Part shown: positions 53,983 through 61,784 of the stretch, piece after piece
Numbering within the stretch: position 1 is the first letter of the stretch
How the letters are laid out: each line of letters opens with the position of its first letter
Translations under genes and position numbers: made by a program
Origin: an uncultured Trueperaceae bacterium
Lineage (GTDB): Bacteria > Deinococcota > Deinococci > Deinococcales > Trueperaceae
Assembly: GCA_963727505.1 (NCBI GenBank)
Contig: CAVSGP010000002.1
Location: forward strand, 173,184 to 237,183
Direction: 5' to 3'
DNA length: 64,000 nucleotides
Notes under the pieces: generated by a model
What the model saw: the letters and a program-made list of their open reading frames with translations, nothing else
Database searches by the model: none
Told to the model about the DNA's origin: nothing

Positions 53983-54597
53983 ATGCGCATGCCTACCAGG
54001 ATCCTGACCGGCGCCATCGTGCTGCTGGCGGGCGCGACGTTCGCCCAGCAGATGCCAAGCACCCCGGTGAGCCAGGAGTTCCCGCACGTTCTCGCCACGG
54101 TGGACCTGCAGCCCGGCCAGTCCGCTTCCATCACCGTTCCGGACGCCTACTTCACGGGCGCGGCCCCCGGGGAGATGACGATCTACATCCCGACGGACGC
54201 CTTCCGGGATCCCGTCCGCTTCCAGGTGCTGGCATCGTCCAACAGCCGCTGGGACGGCATGGTGAAGAGCGGCCTGAAGGTGGTCGCGAACTTCGCCTAC
54301 CGCGTGGTCGACACCAGGACCGGGCAGCCCGTCCAGGCCTTCCAGGCGCCCGCGCAATACACGGTATCCGACGGCATGATCGACGGACACAGCGTGTACT
54401 GGGCCGTCAAACCGGGCGGCTCCCCCCAGATCATCGACGCCAACGCCCACAGCACCGTCCACGGCAACGTGCTCTCCCACCCCACGCCGACGGCGGCGGT
54501 GGGCTGGATCATCACCACACCCAAGGCCGACCTGGCGAGCACGATGAAGAGCGGGGCTTCCAACGGCGGCTCGGGCTCGGGCGGCAACGGCATGTAG
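53983..54597 (+). CDS. Secreted protein, function unknown
   Basis: RBS GGAGAT before ATG 53983. Signal peptide ILTGAIVLLAGATFAQQ. 204 aa with a Gly/Ser tail. Confidence 0.65.
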   Translation: MRMPTRILTGAIVLLAGATFAQQMPSTPVSQEFPHVLATVDLQPGQSASITVPDAYFTGAAPGEMTIYIPTDAFRDPVRFQVLASSNSRWDGMVKSGLKVVANFAYRVVDTRTGQPVQAFQAPAQYTVSDGMIDGHSVYWAVKPGGSPQIIDANAHSTVHGNVLSHPTPTAAVGWIITTPKADLASTMKSGASNGGSGSGGNGM

Positions 54598-54720
54598 CTC
54601 CGTCCGACCCTCACGAGCCCCGCGCGACCGCCGCACTCCGAGTCGCCTTACGTCGGCCCTGGCGCGGGGCTCAAGCCCCGCCCGGACCCGGACGGCGCCT
54701 GAGCGCGGGGCCGCGCGCAC

Positions 54721-54746
54721 GCTCCGGCGCCCGCGGGCGCCGGAGC
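54721..54746. terminator. GC-rich hairpin between convergent genes
   Basis: Perfect 11-bp stem GCTCCGGCGCC / GGCGCCGGAGC with loop CGCG and no U-tract. A second hairpin GCGGGGC tcaa GCCCCGC lies at 54664-54681. Confidence 0.4.
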
Positions 54747-54752
54747 GCCGCC

Positions 54753-55847
54753 TCAGCCCTCGCGGTAGAAGCGACTGTTGCGGTAGTACGCGTCGAACAA
54801 CAGCTTGGCGAAGCCCATCAGCGGAACGGCCAGCAGCGCCCCCAGAACGCCGGCGAAGTGCAGGCCCAGCAGCAGCGCGATGACGACGGTGGTGGGGTGG
54901 AGGCGCACCGTACGCCCCAGCACCAGCGGCTCCAGCACGTGCCCCTCGAGCTGGTTCGCGACGGTATAGACGATCAGCACCCCCATCACCGTCCACCACC
55001 CCAACGGCGCCGCCAGCAACAACGCCGGCGTGATGGCGATGATGGGCCCGAGGTAGGGCACGAGGTCGAACAACCCGCCCAGGAACCCCAGAGACAAGGC
55101 CAGGGGCACGCCCAGGACGGCGAGCCCCAGCCCGGTGACCGCGCCGACGATGCCCGCGACGATGAGCTGACCGCGGAAGTAGCCGCCTACGGCGTGCTCG
55201 AACTTGTCGATCACGTCGGCGACGGTGGCCTGGTAGGGCTCCGGGGCGGCGAGTTGGAGGCTGCGGGTCACGCGCTGGAAGTCCGCCAGCAGGTAGGCGG
55301 TGAGCGCGAGCAGCCCGAGGAGCCGCACGACATCGCCGACGAGCGTACGCAGGGTATGGAACAGCCCGCCCCCCGTGACGTAGGTGGCGAACTGGTCCAG
55401 GAAGTGGCTGGCCCACTGACTGACCTGAACATGGAGCGCGCCGTAGGCGTTGCTCAGGGGGACCTTCACGGACTGCGGCAGGGGGGCGTCCCGGATGAGC
55501 CCCGGAACGCTCTGTGTGACGGTGGTGGCCTGCTGGATCAGGGCGGGGAGCTGGTCCGGCAGCCCCGAGAGCTGCTCGAAAAGGTCGAAGAACAACAGCG
55601 CGAACAGGGCGAGCACCGCCAGAACAGCGAGCACCGACACGACCAGACCCACCCAGCGCACATGGAAGCGGCGCCGGCTCCAACGCACCAACGGGTGGAG
55701 CAGATAGGCCAGCACGAAGGCGGTCACCACGATGAACCACACGCCGCGGGTGACCACCACGAACCAGACGACGCCGGCGAGAAGCGCCAGCGCCACGAGG
55801 ACCCGCGCCAGCGGGCGACGCCACAGGCTCTGGATCGCGTCACGCAT
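54753..55847 (-). CDS. AI-2E family transporter (PerM/YhhT, UPF0118)
   Basis: ATG 55847 with RBS GGAGGGAAGGGGG. Polytopic. FLGGLFDLVPYLGPII ... QLEGHVLEPLVLGR is the family pattern. Confidence 0.8.
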   Translation of the reverse strand: MRDAIQSLWRRPLARVLVALALLAGVVWFVVVTRGVWFIVVTAFVLAYLLHPLVRWSRRRFHVRWVGLVVSVLAVLAVLALFALLFFDLFEQLSGLPDQLPALIQQATTVTQSVPGLIRDAPLPQSVKVPLSNAYGALHVQVSQWASHFLDQFATYVTGGGLFHTLRTLVGDVVRLLGLLALTAYLLADFQRVTRSLQLAAPEPYQATVADVIDKFEHAVGGYFRGQLIVAGIVGAVTGLGLAVLGVPLALSLGFLGGLFDLVPYLGPIIAITPALLLAAPLGWWTVMGVLIVYTVANQLEGHVLEPLVLGRTVRLHPTTVVIALLLGLHFAGVLGALLAVPLMGFAKLLFDAYYRNSRFYREG

Positions 55848-55999
55848 GCTCTCGCCCCCTTCCCTCCGGCTCGGTCCCGGCCCGTCCGGGACGCCCACCG
55901 GCAATCTACCGCGCGGCGAAGGCCGTTCAGGACGCACCCCCGACGTGCGGAGCGCTCGGGCGGCACGCGGGGGCGCTGTGCACAAGCCCTTGGAGTGGT

Positions 56000-56019
56000 G
56001 TGTACCGCCGTGGTACACT
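56000..56019 (+). promoter_or_regulatory. Candidate extended -10 promoter of the sigma factor gene, overlapped by an inverted repeat
   Basis: TGgTACACT at 56011-56019. The inverted repeat is GTGTACC (56000-56006) and GGTACAC (56012-56018). This implies a leader of about 160 nt. Confidence 0.4.
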
Positions 56020-56188
56020 TGCGCCGTTTGGCGGCGGCACACTGCCTCGTCACGCCCCCCGCCAGCACGACGTCGATCACGCGGCCGACCCGGACCGGGG
56101 CCGGCGCGCGTTCACGCTCGGGCACGCTCGGGGCGGGTCGCCCGAAGCCGCGCGGGACGGGGGACGGCCGCCGGCCGGAGATGATTCC

Positions 56189-57241
56189 ATGACCAGATCC
56201 CCGATCCAGGAGCAACACGACCACGAACACGAGCACGATCCCCTCGACCAAGACACCGTCCGTGACCAGGACCCGGGGGAGGGGCAGGCGAGCGCTCAAG
56301 CCGCGCAGCGGAACACCGCGGATGACGGCAACGACCTTCAGCGCTACCTCAGCGAGATCGGACGGGTTCCCCTGCTCGCTCGCGACGAAGAGGTGGCACT
56401 GGCGCGCCGCGTCGACAGCGGCAGGGAAGCCGAGGCCCGGCTCGCGGCCGAGGGGGACGCTCTCGACCCGCGCGAGCACCGGCGTCTGACGCGCCAGATC
56501 GAGGACGCCGAGCGCGCGCGCCAGGATCTTATCGAGGCCAATCTGCGGCTGGTGGTGTCGGTCGCCAAGCGCTATCGCGCCCGCGGTCTGTCCCTGCTAG
56601 ATCTCATCCAGGAAGGCAACGCCGGGCTCATGCATGCGGTCGAGAAGTACGACGTCAGCACCGGGTACAAGTTCTCGACCTACGCGGTGTGGTGGATCCG
56701 TCAGGCCGTGGCGCGTTCGCTGGCGAACGCCTCGCGCACCATCCGCCTGCCGGTGCACTTCCAGGAGACGCTCAGCAAGCTACGCTCCAACGCCGAACGG
56801 CTCGAGCAGGAGCTGGGCCGTCCCCCGAGCCGCGAGGAGATCGCCGGCGTGATGGGCGAGGGCTGGACCGTGGAACGTGTCGACCACACCCTGCGTCAGG
56901 CGCGCGACACCCTTTCGCTCGAACGGCCCATCGGCGAGGAGCAGGACACTACCCTCGGCGAGATGCTGCCCGACACCGATGCCGACGCACCCGTCGAGCT
57001 CGCCAGCGAGACCGCCCTCTCCGACCAGCTGAGGCGCCTGCTCGGGCGCCTCTCCGAGCGGGAAGCCAACGTACTGAGGCTGCGCTTCGGCCTGGTCGAC
57101 GGGGAGCAGCACACCCTCGAGGACATCGGGCGGCACTACGGCATCACCCGCGAGGCGGTGCGCCAGGGCGAGGCCCGCGCGCTGCGAAAGTTGCAGTACC
57201 TGGCGCGCCGTGACGTCTCGCTGCGCGACTTCCTCGACTGA
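56189..57241 (+). CDS. RNA polymerase sigma-70 family factor, RpoD-like (group 1/2 type, no long region 1.1)
   Basis: Region 2 (RLVVSVAKRYRARGLSLLDLIQEGNAGLMHAVEKYDVSTGYKFSTYAVWWIRQAV), region 3 (IRLPVHFQETLSKL) and region 4.2 (TLEDIGRHYGITREAVRQGEARALRKL). GGAG lies 8 nt before ATG 56189. The N-terminus is acidic and His-rich. Confidence 0.9.
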   Translation: MTRSPIQEQHDHEHEHDPLDQDTVRDQDPGEGQASAQAAQRNTADDGNDLQRYLSEIGRVPLLARDEEVALARRVDSGREAEARLAAEGDALDPREHRRLTRQIEDAERARQDLIEANLRLVVSVAKRYRARGLSLLDLIQEGNAGLMHAVEKYDVSTGYKFSTYAVWWIRQAVARSLANASRTIRLPVHFQETLSKLRSNAERLEQELGRPPSREEIAGVMGEGWTVERVDHTLRQARDTLSLERPIGEEQDTTLGEMLPDTDADAPVELASETALSDQLRRLLGRLSEREANVLRLRFGLVDGEQHTLEDIGRHYGITREAVRQGEARALRKLQYLARRDVSLRDFLD

Positions 57242-57266
57242 GCCCCGGGAGCGGTGGGGGCCATGC

Positions 57267-57300
57267 CGTGCAACGAGCACAGGCGTGCAACGAGCACAGG
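57267..57300. repeat. Perfect 17-bp tandem duplication
   Basis: cgtgcaacgagcacagg at 57267-57283 and again at 57284-57300. Confidence 0.95.
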
Positions 57301-57495
57301 ACCTTCATCCTGCGGGTCTGGCTGGAGCGTGGGCACCCAGACCAAGGAGCATGCTGGCGCGCCTCGCTCACCTCGCTCACCGACGAGAGCGACCGTCGAG
57401 AGCGACCGTGCGAGACGCAGTCTTTCTCGTCCCTGACAATGCTCCTAGCCTATCTGCGCGACCCGCTCGCGCCCCTGACGGGGTGGCCGGCATGA
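57268..57495 (+). CDS. Small hypothetical protein with an RVW...WR...F-x-S-L-x-x-L-L-x-Y-L pattern
   Basis: 75-aa ORF from GTG 57268: TFILRVWLERGHPDQGACWRASL ... QSFSSLTMLLAYL. An ATG at 57263 with an upstream GGTGGGGG would read the same protein if the 17-bp duplication were removed. Confidence 0.4.
   Translation: MQRAQACNEHRTFILRVWLERGHPDQGACWRASLTSLTDESDRRERPCETQSFSSLTMLLAYLRDPLAPLTGWPA
57384..57409. repeat. Perfect 13-bp tandem duplication inside the small ORF, with a 9-bp x2 repeat at 57363-57380
   Basis: cgagagcgaccgt appears twice (57384-57396 and 57397-57409). ctcgctcac appears twice. Confidence 0.9.
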
Positions 57496-57506
57496 GCCCC
57501 CACCCC

Positions 57507-57536
57507 TTGCAGGCGCCCCCAAGCGAGCGCTATACT
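57507..57536 (+). promoter_or_regulatory. Candidate sigma-70 promoter of the 82-aa gene
   Basis: TTGCAG, an 18-nt spacer, then TATACT. It sits in a stretch of locally lower GC. Confidence 0.45.
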
Positions 57537-57659
57537 TGACGTCCGATATAGACCTTTGCGCTGTCTTTTCGAGAACAGGCTTGCCGCATCTCACCGCACG
57601 GGTGAACGTCGCACCGAACCCCTGAGCACATCCTGGAGCGGAAAACCCACAGGAGTTGC

Positions 57660-57908
57660 ATGATGGTTCGCGAGAGCGCGCGTATCTTCGCACCGATCAC
57701 GGGCGGTCGAGGGGTCCGTCCCGTGACCCCCATCTCCCCCAACCGCTGGAAGGGTGAATCGGACTGCATCGTCGGTCCGTTCTCGAACCGCGGGCTGGCC
57801 TTCGGCTTCGCCAACGTGACCACCGACTTTGGTCAGTACGGCGGAGTCCGCTTCCACATCTTCGCCAAGCGCGACTCCTGGTACGTCGAGGTGGAGTTGC
57901 AGGGCTGA
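57660..57908 (+). CDS. Hypothetical 82-aa protein
   Basis: A good RBS (AGGAG) lies 4 nt before ATG 57660. The gene has its own promoter-like and terminator-like signals. I recognise no motif. Confidence 0.5.
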   Translation: MMVRESARIFAPITGGRGVRPVTPISPNRWKGESDCIVGPFSNRGLAFGFANVTTDFGQYGGVRFHIFAKRDSWYVEVELQG

Positions 57909-57951
57909 CGCCTCCGGACCCGGGTCGGGGCGCCGGCCGGAACAGGGAGTC

Positions 57952-57980
57952 GAAGGCGCGTGCCACAAGCACGCGCCTTC
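57952..57980. terminator. Bidirectional hairpin terminator
   Basis: Perfect 12-bp stem GAAGGCGCGTGC / GCACGCGCCTTC with loop CACAA, followed by GTTCGTGGTGG. It sits between convergent genes. Confidence 0.55.
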
Positions 57981-58092
57981 GTTCGTGGTGGTCCCGTGGG
58001 AGCCCGGGCAGCCTCGCGGCCGCCGATGTCATCGCCGACACCTCGGCGGCGCGCGGGCACACCGTGGCCACCTTCGGTCGAGGGCCGCCCCG

Positions 58093-58635
58093 TCAGTAGG
58101 CGGTGGGGAGCTCGAGCACCATCCGCACGAACGCCCGCGTGCCCGCCCGGTTCAACGTCAGGCGCACGGCCGTGAGTTGGTTCTCCTGACAGGAGCACGT
58201 GAAGACGTAGGCGTTGCCGCCGAACAGCTCCTGGCTGGGCGTGAACCCGAGCGCCGGAAGGCGCTGGTGGAAGTAGCTCAGGACGTCGTAGGGATCGGTG
58301 GTGGCGAGATCGAAGGGGATCTCGATGCCACGCTCGGAGACGTCGATGCCGATCACCGCGCGCGCAACGCTGCGCGTCACACCCACCACCGCCGCCCGGT
58401 CGGCCTCGGTGGTGGTGAAGCGCAGCCCGCCCTCCACCTCACCGGGCATGAGGGCCACCTTCACGGTATTCGTGCCCATGTTGCGCGTGAAGATCAGCGA
58501 GCCGACGACGTCGCCGGCGTAGTTGAAGGCGCTGTCGTCGAAGACGAGGGAAGGCGCCACGAACCGCGTGGACTGGGCAAGCGCGATGCCGGCGAACGCG
58601 CCGCACAGGGCAAGGGCGGCAAACAGTCTGCGCAT
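58093..58635 (-). CDS. Secreted protein, function unknown
   Basis: ATG 58635 with GGAG 8 nt upstream. Signal peptide MRRLFAALALCGAFAGIALAQ. 180 aa. Confidence 0.65.
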   Translation of the reverse strand: MRRLFAALALCGAFAGIALAQSTRFVAPSLVFDDSAFNYAGDVVGSLIFTRNMGTNTVKVALMPGEVEGGLRFTTTEADRAAVVGVTRSVARAVIGIDVSERGIEIPFDLATTDPYDVLSYFHQRLPALGFTPSQELFGGNAYVFTCSCQENQLTAVRLTLNRAGTRAFVRMVLELPTAY

Positions 58636-58860
58636 AGCGTGCTCCAATGCCGACAGCCAGGGACTTCGATCGCCGTGGGCGGCAGCTTCTCACCTCCCTG
58701 GGGAGCGCTCGATCGCGCCCGCTAGACCTCGGCCCCCGGCCGTTCGGCCGACACGAAGTGCCGCGGCGTCCGCTGGAGAGGTCGCACAGTGAGAGGGGAC
58801 GGTTGCGCTGGCTCCGCCCCGAGTGTGAGCCAGGGAAGGGCATCCCGCTAGAGCCAAACG

Positions 58861-59493
58861 TCACCGCGCGAGCCCGGCCGCCGCCCCACCGATGGCCTCA
58901 CCGAGGCCCTCGGTGGCGACCACCCTCGCCAGCTCCGGGCGGGGCGTCAGGGCGCTCAGGAAGGCTTCGTCTGCCTGGCCCGTTCCCACGGCGATCACCC
59001 GGATTCCGGCGGAGCGCGCCGCGGCGGCGGCATCCAGGGTGGCCTCACGGCTGTCGGGCATGCCGTCGGTGATGAGCAGGATCACGCGGCGCCCGCTGCG
59101 CAGGCGCAGCCGACCCGCCGCCATGCGCAGCGCCCGGGCCATATCGGTGCGCCCGTTGGGCATGAGCCCGGTGATGCTCCTCTGGAAGCGGTACGGGTTG
59201 CGCGTCGCACCAGTGAGTACCCGCGCCGTGGAACCGAAACCGATGACGCCGACGGCGTAGTTCCGCCGCCACGCCTCGTAGAAGAAGCGGATGGAGCCCC
59301 GCAGGAGCTGCGGCATCTTGCCCGGGTCGGCCATGCTCGCCGACAGGTCGAGGCACAGGTAGACGGTGCCGGTCAGCCGCGCCCGGCGCCCCACCAGCGC
59401 GTCGACCACGCGGCTCGCCAGCGAAGCCGGCGCGCCGTCGCGGCCGGGACGAACGGCCGGCGGCCCGGCCGGCCTCGATCGGTCGTCCACCAT
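58861..59493 (-). CDS. Stand-alone von Willebrand factor A domain protein (no signal peptide)
   Basis: MIDAS residues DLSASM ... NGRTDM ... LITDG. 210 aa. Confidence 0.75.
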   Translation of the reverse strand: MVDDRSRPAGPPAVRPGRDGAPASLASRVVDALVGRRARLTGTVYLCLDLSASMADPGKMPQLLRGSIRFFYEAWRRNYAVGVIGFGSTARVLTGATRNPYRFQRSITGLMPNGRTDMARALRMAAGRLRLRSGRRVILLITDGMPDSREATLDAAAAARSAGIRVIAVGTGQADEAFLSALTPRPELARVVATEGLGEAIGGAAAGLAR

Positions 59494-59549
59494 GACCTAC
59501 TCTAGCGCCGCTCGGTACACCCTCCCGCCCAGGCGTATGCTTCGGAGCG

Positions 59550-60455
59550 ATGGTCCTCGATACCCCTACCGGCCACCTGCACGGCACCCTGGAGCTTCCC
59601 GAGGGGCCGGGGCCCTTCCCGGTCGCGCTCGTCATCGCGGGCTCCGGCCCCACCGACCGCGACGGCAACTCCACCCTCCTCCCCGGACGCAACGACAGCT
59701 TGAAGCTCGTGGCCCGGGCGCTAGCCGAAGCCGGAGTGGCGTCGCTGCGCTACGACAAGCGCGCCATCGGCGAGAGCCGCGAAGCCGGCCTCGACGAGGC
59801 CGCCATGACCTTCGACCTGGCGGTGCAGGACGCCGTACGCTGGCTACGCCAGCTCGACGACGACACGCGGTTCGCACGGACGCTGGTCGTCGGTCACAGC
59901 GAAGGTTCGCTGGTCGGCATGCTCGCTACGGGCCCGGCCGGCGCCTCCGCCCTCGTGTCGCTGGAGGGTGCAGGGCGCCCCGCGGCCGACGTGCTGCGCT
60001 CGCAGCTGCGAGGCCAGCTCCCCGCCGAGCTGATGGACGAGGTCGACCAGGTGCTGCGCGAGCTGGAGGCCGGGCGAACGGTGGACACGCTGCCGCCCGG
60101 CATCGCGGCAGTGCCCCAGATCGGGCAGGCGCTGTTCCGGCAGAGCGTGCAGCCCTACCTGGTGAGCTGGTTCCGGCACGACCCGGCGCGCGTCCTGGCC
60201 GAGCTCGAGGTTCCGAGCCTGGTGGTGCAGGGCACGACCGACCTGCAGGTGCCGGTATCGGACGGCGAACGCCTGGCCGCGGCCGGGAAGCATGCCACGC
60301 TGGCGCGCATCGAGGGGATGAACCACGTGCTCAAGGCCGCGCCTGCCGAACAGGCCGCCAACCTGGCGGCCTACTCCGATCCTGCGCTGCCGTTGGCGCC
60401 GGGATTAGCGCTGGCGCTGCGGAGCTTCCTGAAGGAGGCGGGCCTCACTCCCTAG
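59550..60455 (+). CDS. Alpha/beta-fold hydrolase
   Basis: Nucleophile elbow GHSEG, with a typical PVALVIAGSGPTDRDGN N-terminal strand/loop. Confidence 0.8.
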   Translation: MVLDTPTGHLHGTLELPEGPGPFPVALVIAGSGPTDRDGNSTLLPGRNDSLKLVARALAEAGVASLRYDKRAIGESREAGLDEAAMTFDLAVQDAVRWLRQLDDDTRFARTLVVGHSEGSLVGMLATGPAGASALVSLEGAGRPAADVLRSQLRGQLPAELMDEVDQVLRELEAGRTVDTLPPGIAAVPQIGQALFRQSVQPYLVSWFRHDPARVLAELEVPSLVVQGTTDLQVPVSDGERLAAAGKHATLARIEGMNHVLKAAPAEQAANLAAYSDPALPLAPGLALALRSFLKEAGLTP

Positions 60456-60479
60456 GCTCGTAGGGTGCGCGGAGCGCTC

Positions 60480-60884
60480 TCAGGCGTCGTCGAGACGGTC
60501 TCCACGACGGGCAAACAGGACCAGGCCCAGGAAGATCAGCAGCAACGGGCCCATGACGTTCCAGGACAGCCCGAACAGGAACACGGCCGATACCAGCAGC
60601 AGAACCACACCGGGGATGACCTGGCGCGACACCTCGCGATCGAAGGTGCCGCTCGCCTGGTAGGCCTGGTAGGCCCGGTAGAGGAACGCCGCGGCGGGGA
60701 TCAGGAGGAAGACGACCCACCAGTTCTGGAACGCCACGCCGAAGCTGTCGCGCAGCAGCAAGATGCCGCCGACCACGACCAGCAGCAGACCCAGGGCGTA
60801 ACGGTCGCGAGGCTTGCGGTTCGCGCGACGCTCGCGCCGAAGGGACCGATCCGACGACGACTCGGGGGAAGGGTTGGCTTTCAC
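60480..60884 (-). CDS. Hypothetical membrane protein (about 4 TM helices)
   Basis: TM segments LGLLLVVVGGILLL, WWVVFLLIPAAAFLY, VIPGVVLLLVSAVFLFGL and GPLLLIFLGLVLF. GTG 60884 with GAGG upstream is preferred over GTG 60926. Confidence 0.55.
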   Translation of the reverse strand: MKANPSPESSSDRSLRRERRANRKPRDRYALGLLLVVVGGILLLRDSFGVAFQNWWVVFLLIPAAAFLYRAYQAYQASGTFDREVSRQVIPGVVLLLVSAVFLFGLSWNVMGPLLLIFLGLVLFARRGDRLDDA

Positions 60885-60953
60885 GAATGCCTCGACTCGA
60901 AGGGGCCCAACGTGCGCCCACCTCACGAAGACTCTACAGCCGCGGCGACCGGC

Positions 60954-61745
60954 TCAACCGCGCAGATGTACCAGCCATCCGATGAGCGATGAGCCCAACA
61001 CCAGCTGGATGCCGGTCAGGATCAGCAGCACGTAGATCGCGAGCGTGAACCCGCGCTCCTGGACGGTGCGGTTGAGCCAAACGCCGAGCGCGGCACCGGC
61101 GAACGCCAGCGGCAACAGCAGCACGGCGACCAGCAGGTTGTCGACGTTCAGCAGCCCCAGCCAGGCGTAGGGCACCAGCTTCACGACGTTGACGATGAAG
61201 AAGAACCAGGCCGCGGTGCCCACGAACAGCTCACGCCGCAGGCCACGGGGCAGCAGGTAGATCGCCACCGGCGGGCCGCCAACGTGCGCCAGCGTCGAGG
61301 TGAAGCCGGCGACACCGCCCAGCACGGCGCCCCACAGGCGTGACGGCGGGCTCTGCTGTAGCGCGCGCAGCACCCGGGCCCGCACCGCCTGCCAGCCGAC
61401 GAACCCCAGTGCCAGCACACCGATGCCGACCTCCAGGGCGCGCCCGTGCGGCGCCAGCAGGTCGAAGGCGAGCGCCCCCAGGACGATCCCCACCAGCGCG
61501 CTCGGCAGCAACAGTCGCAGGTCGCGCACGCTGGCGGTGCGACGGTAGTGCCATACCGCGAAGACGTCCGCGCCGATGAGCACCGGCAGGAGCAGCGCGG
61601 CCGCCTGCGGCACCGGCAGCGTCAGTGCGACCAGCGGGGTGGCGATGACGCCGGAACCGGCGCCGAAGCCCGCCTTGGCGACGCCGACCAGCAGGGCGGC
61701 CGCCGCGGCCGCCGCGAGCGCCTCGGGCGGAAGGCCCAGGATCAT
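60954..61745 (-). CDS. TauE/SafE (DUF81) family anion exporter, second copy
   Basis: 263 aa polytopic protein with a family-like pattern (LLVGVAKAGFGAGSGVIATPLV ... LAHVGGPPVAIYLL). Confidence 0.8.
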   Translation of the reverse strand: MILGLPPEALAAAAAAALLVGVAKAGFGAGSGVIATPLVALTLPVPQAAALLLPVLIGADVFAVWHYRRTASVRDLRLLLPSALVGIVLGALAFDLLAPHGRALEVGIGVLALGFVGWQAVRARVLRALQQSPPSRLWGAVLGGVAGFTSTLAHVGGPPVAIYLLPRGLRRELFVGTAAWFFFIVNVVKLVPYAWLGLLNVDNLLVAVLLLPLAFAGAALGVWLNRTVQERGFTLAIYVLLILTGIQLVLGSSLIGWLVHLRG

Positions 61746-61784
61746 GCCGGACGCCGGCGGGAGCGTCGCGAAAACAGCGGCCGT

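Noticed and set aside
53859-56192. The 777-aa plus-strand and 621-aa minus-strand ORFs spanning 53859-56192
   Set aside because: They cut across the secreted-protein gene and the AI-2E transporter gene, both with good motifs, RBS and signal/TM features. Their composition is Arg/Gly/Pro/His-rich.
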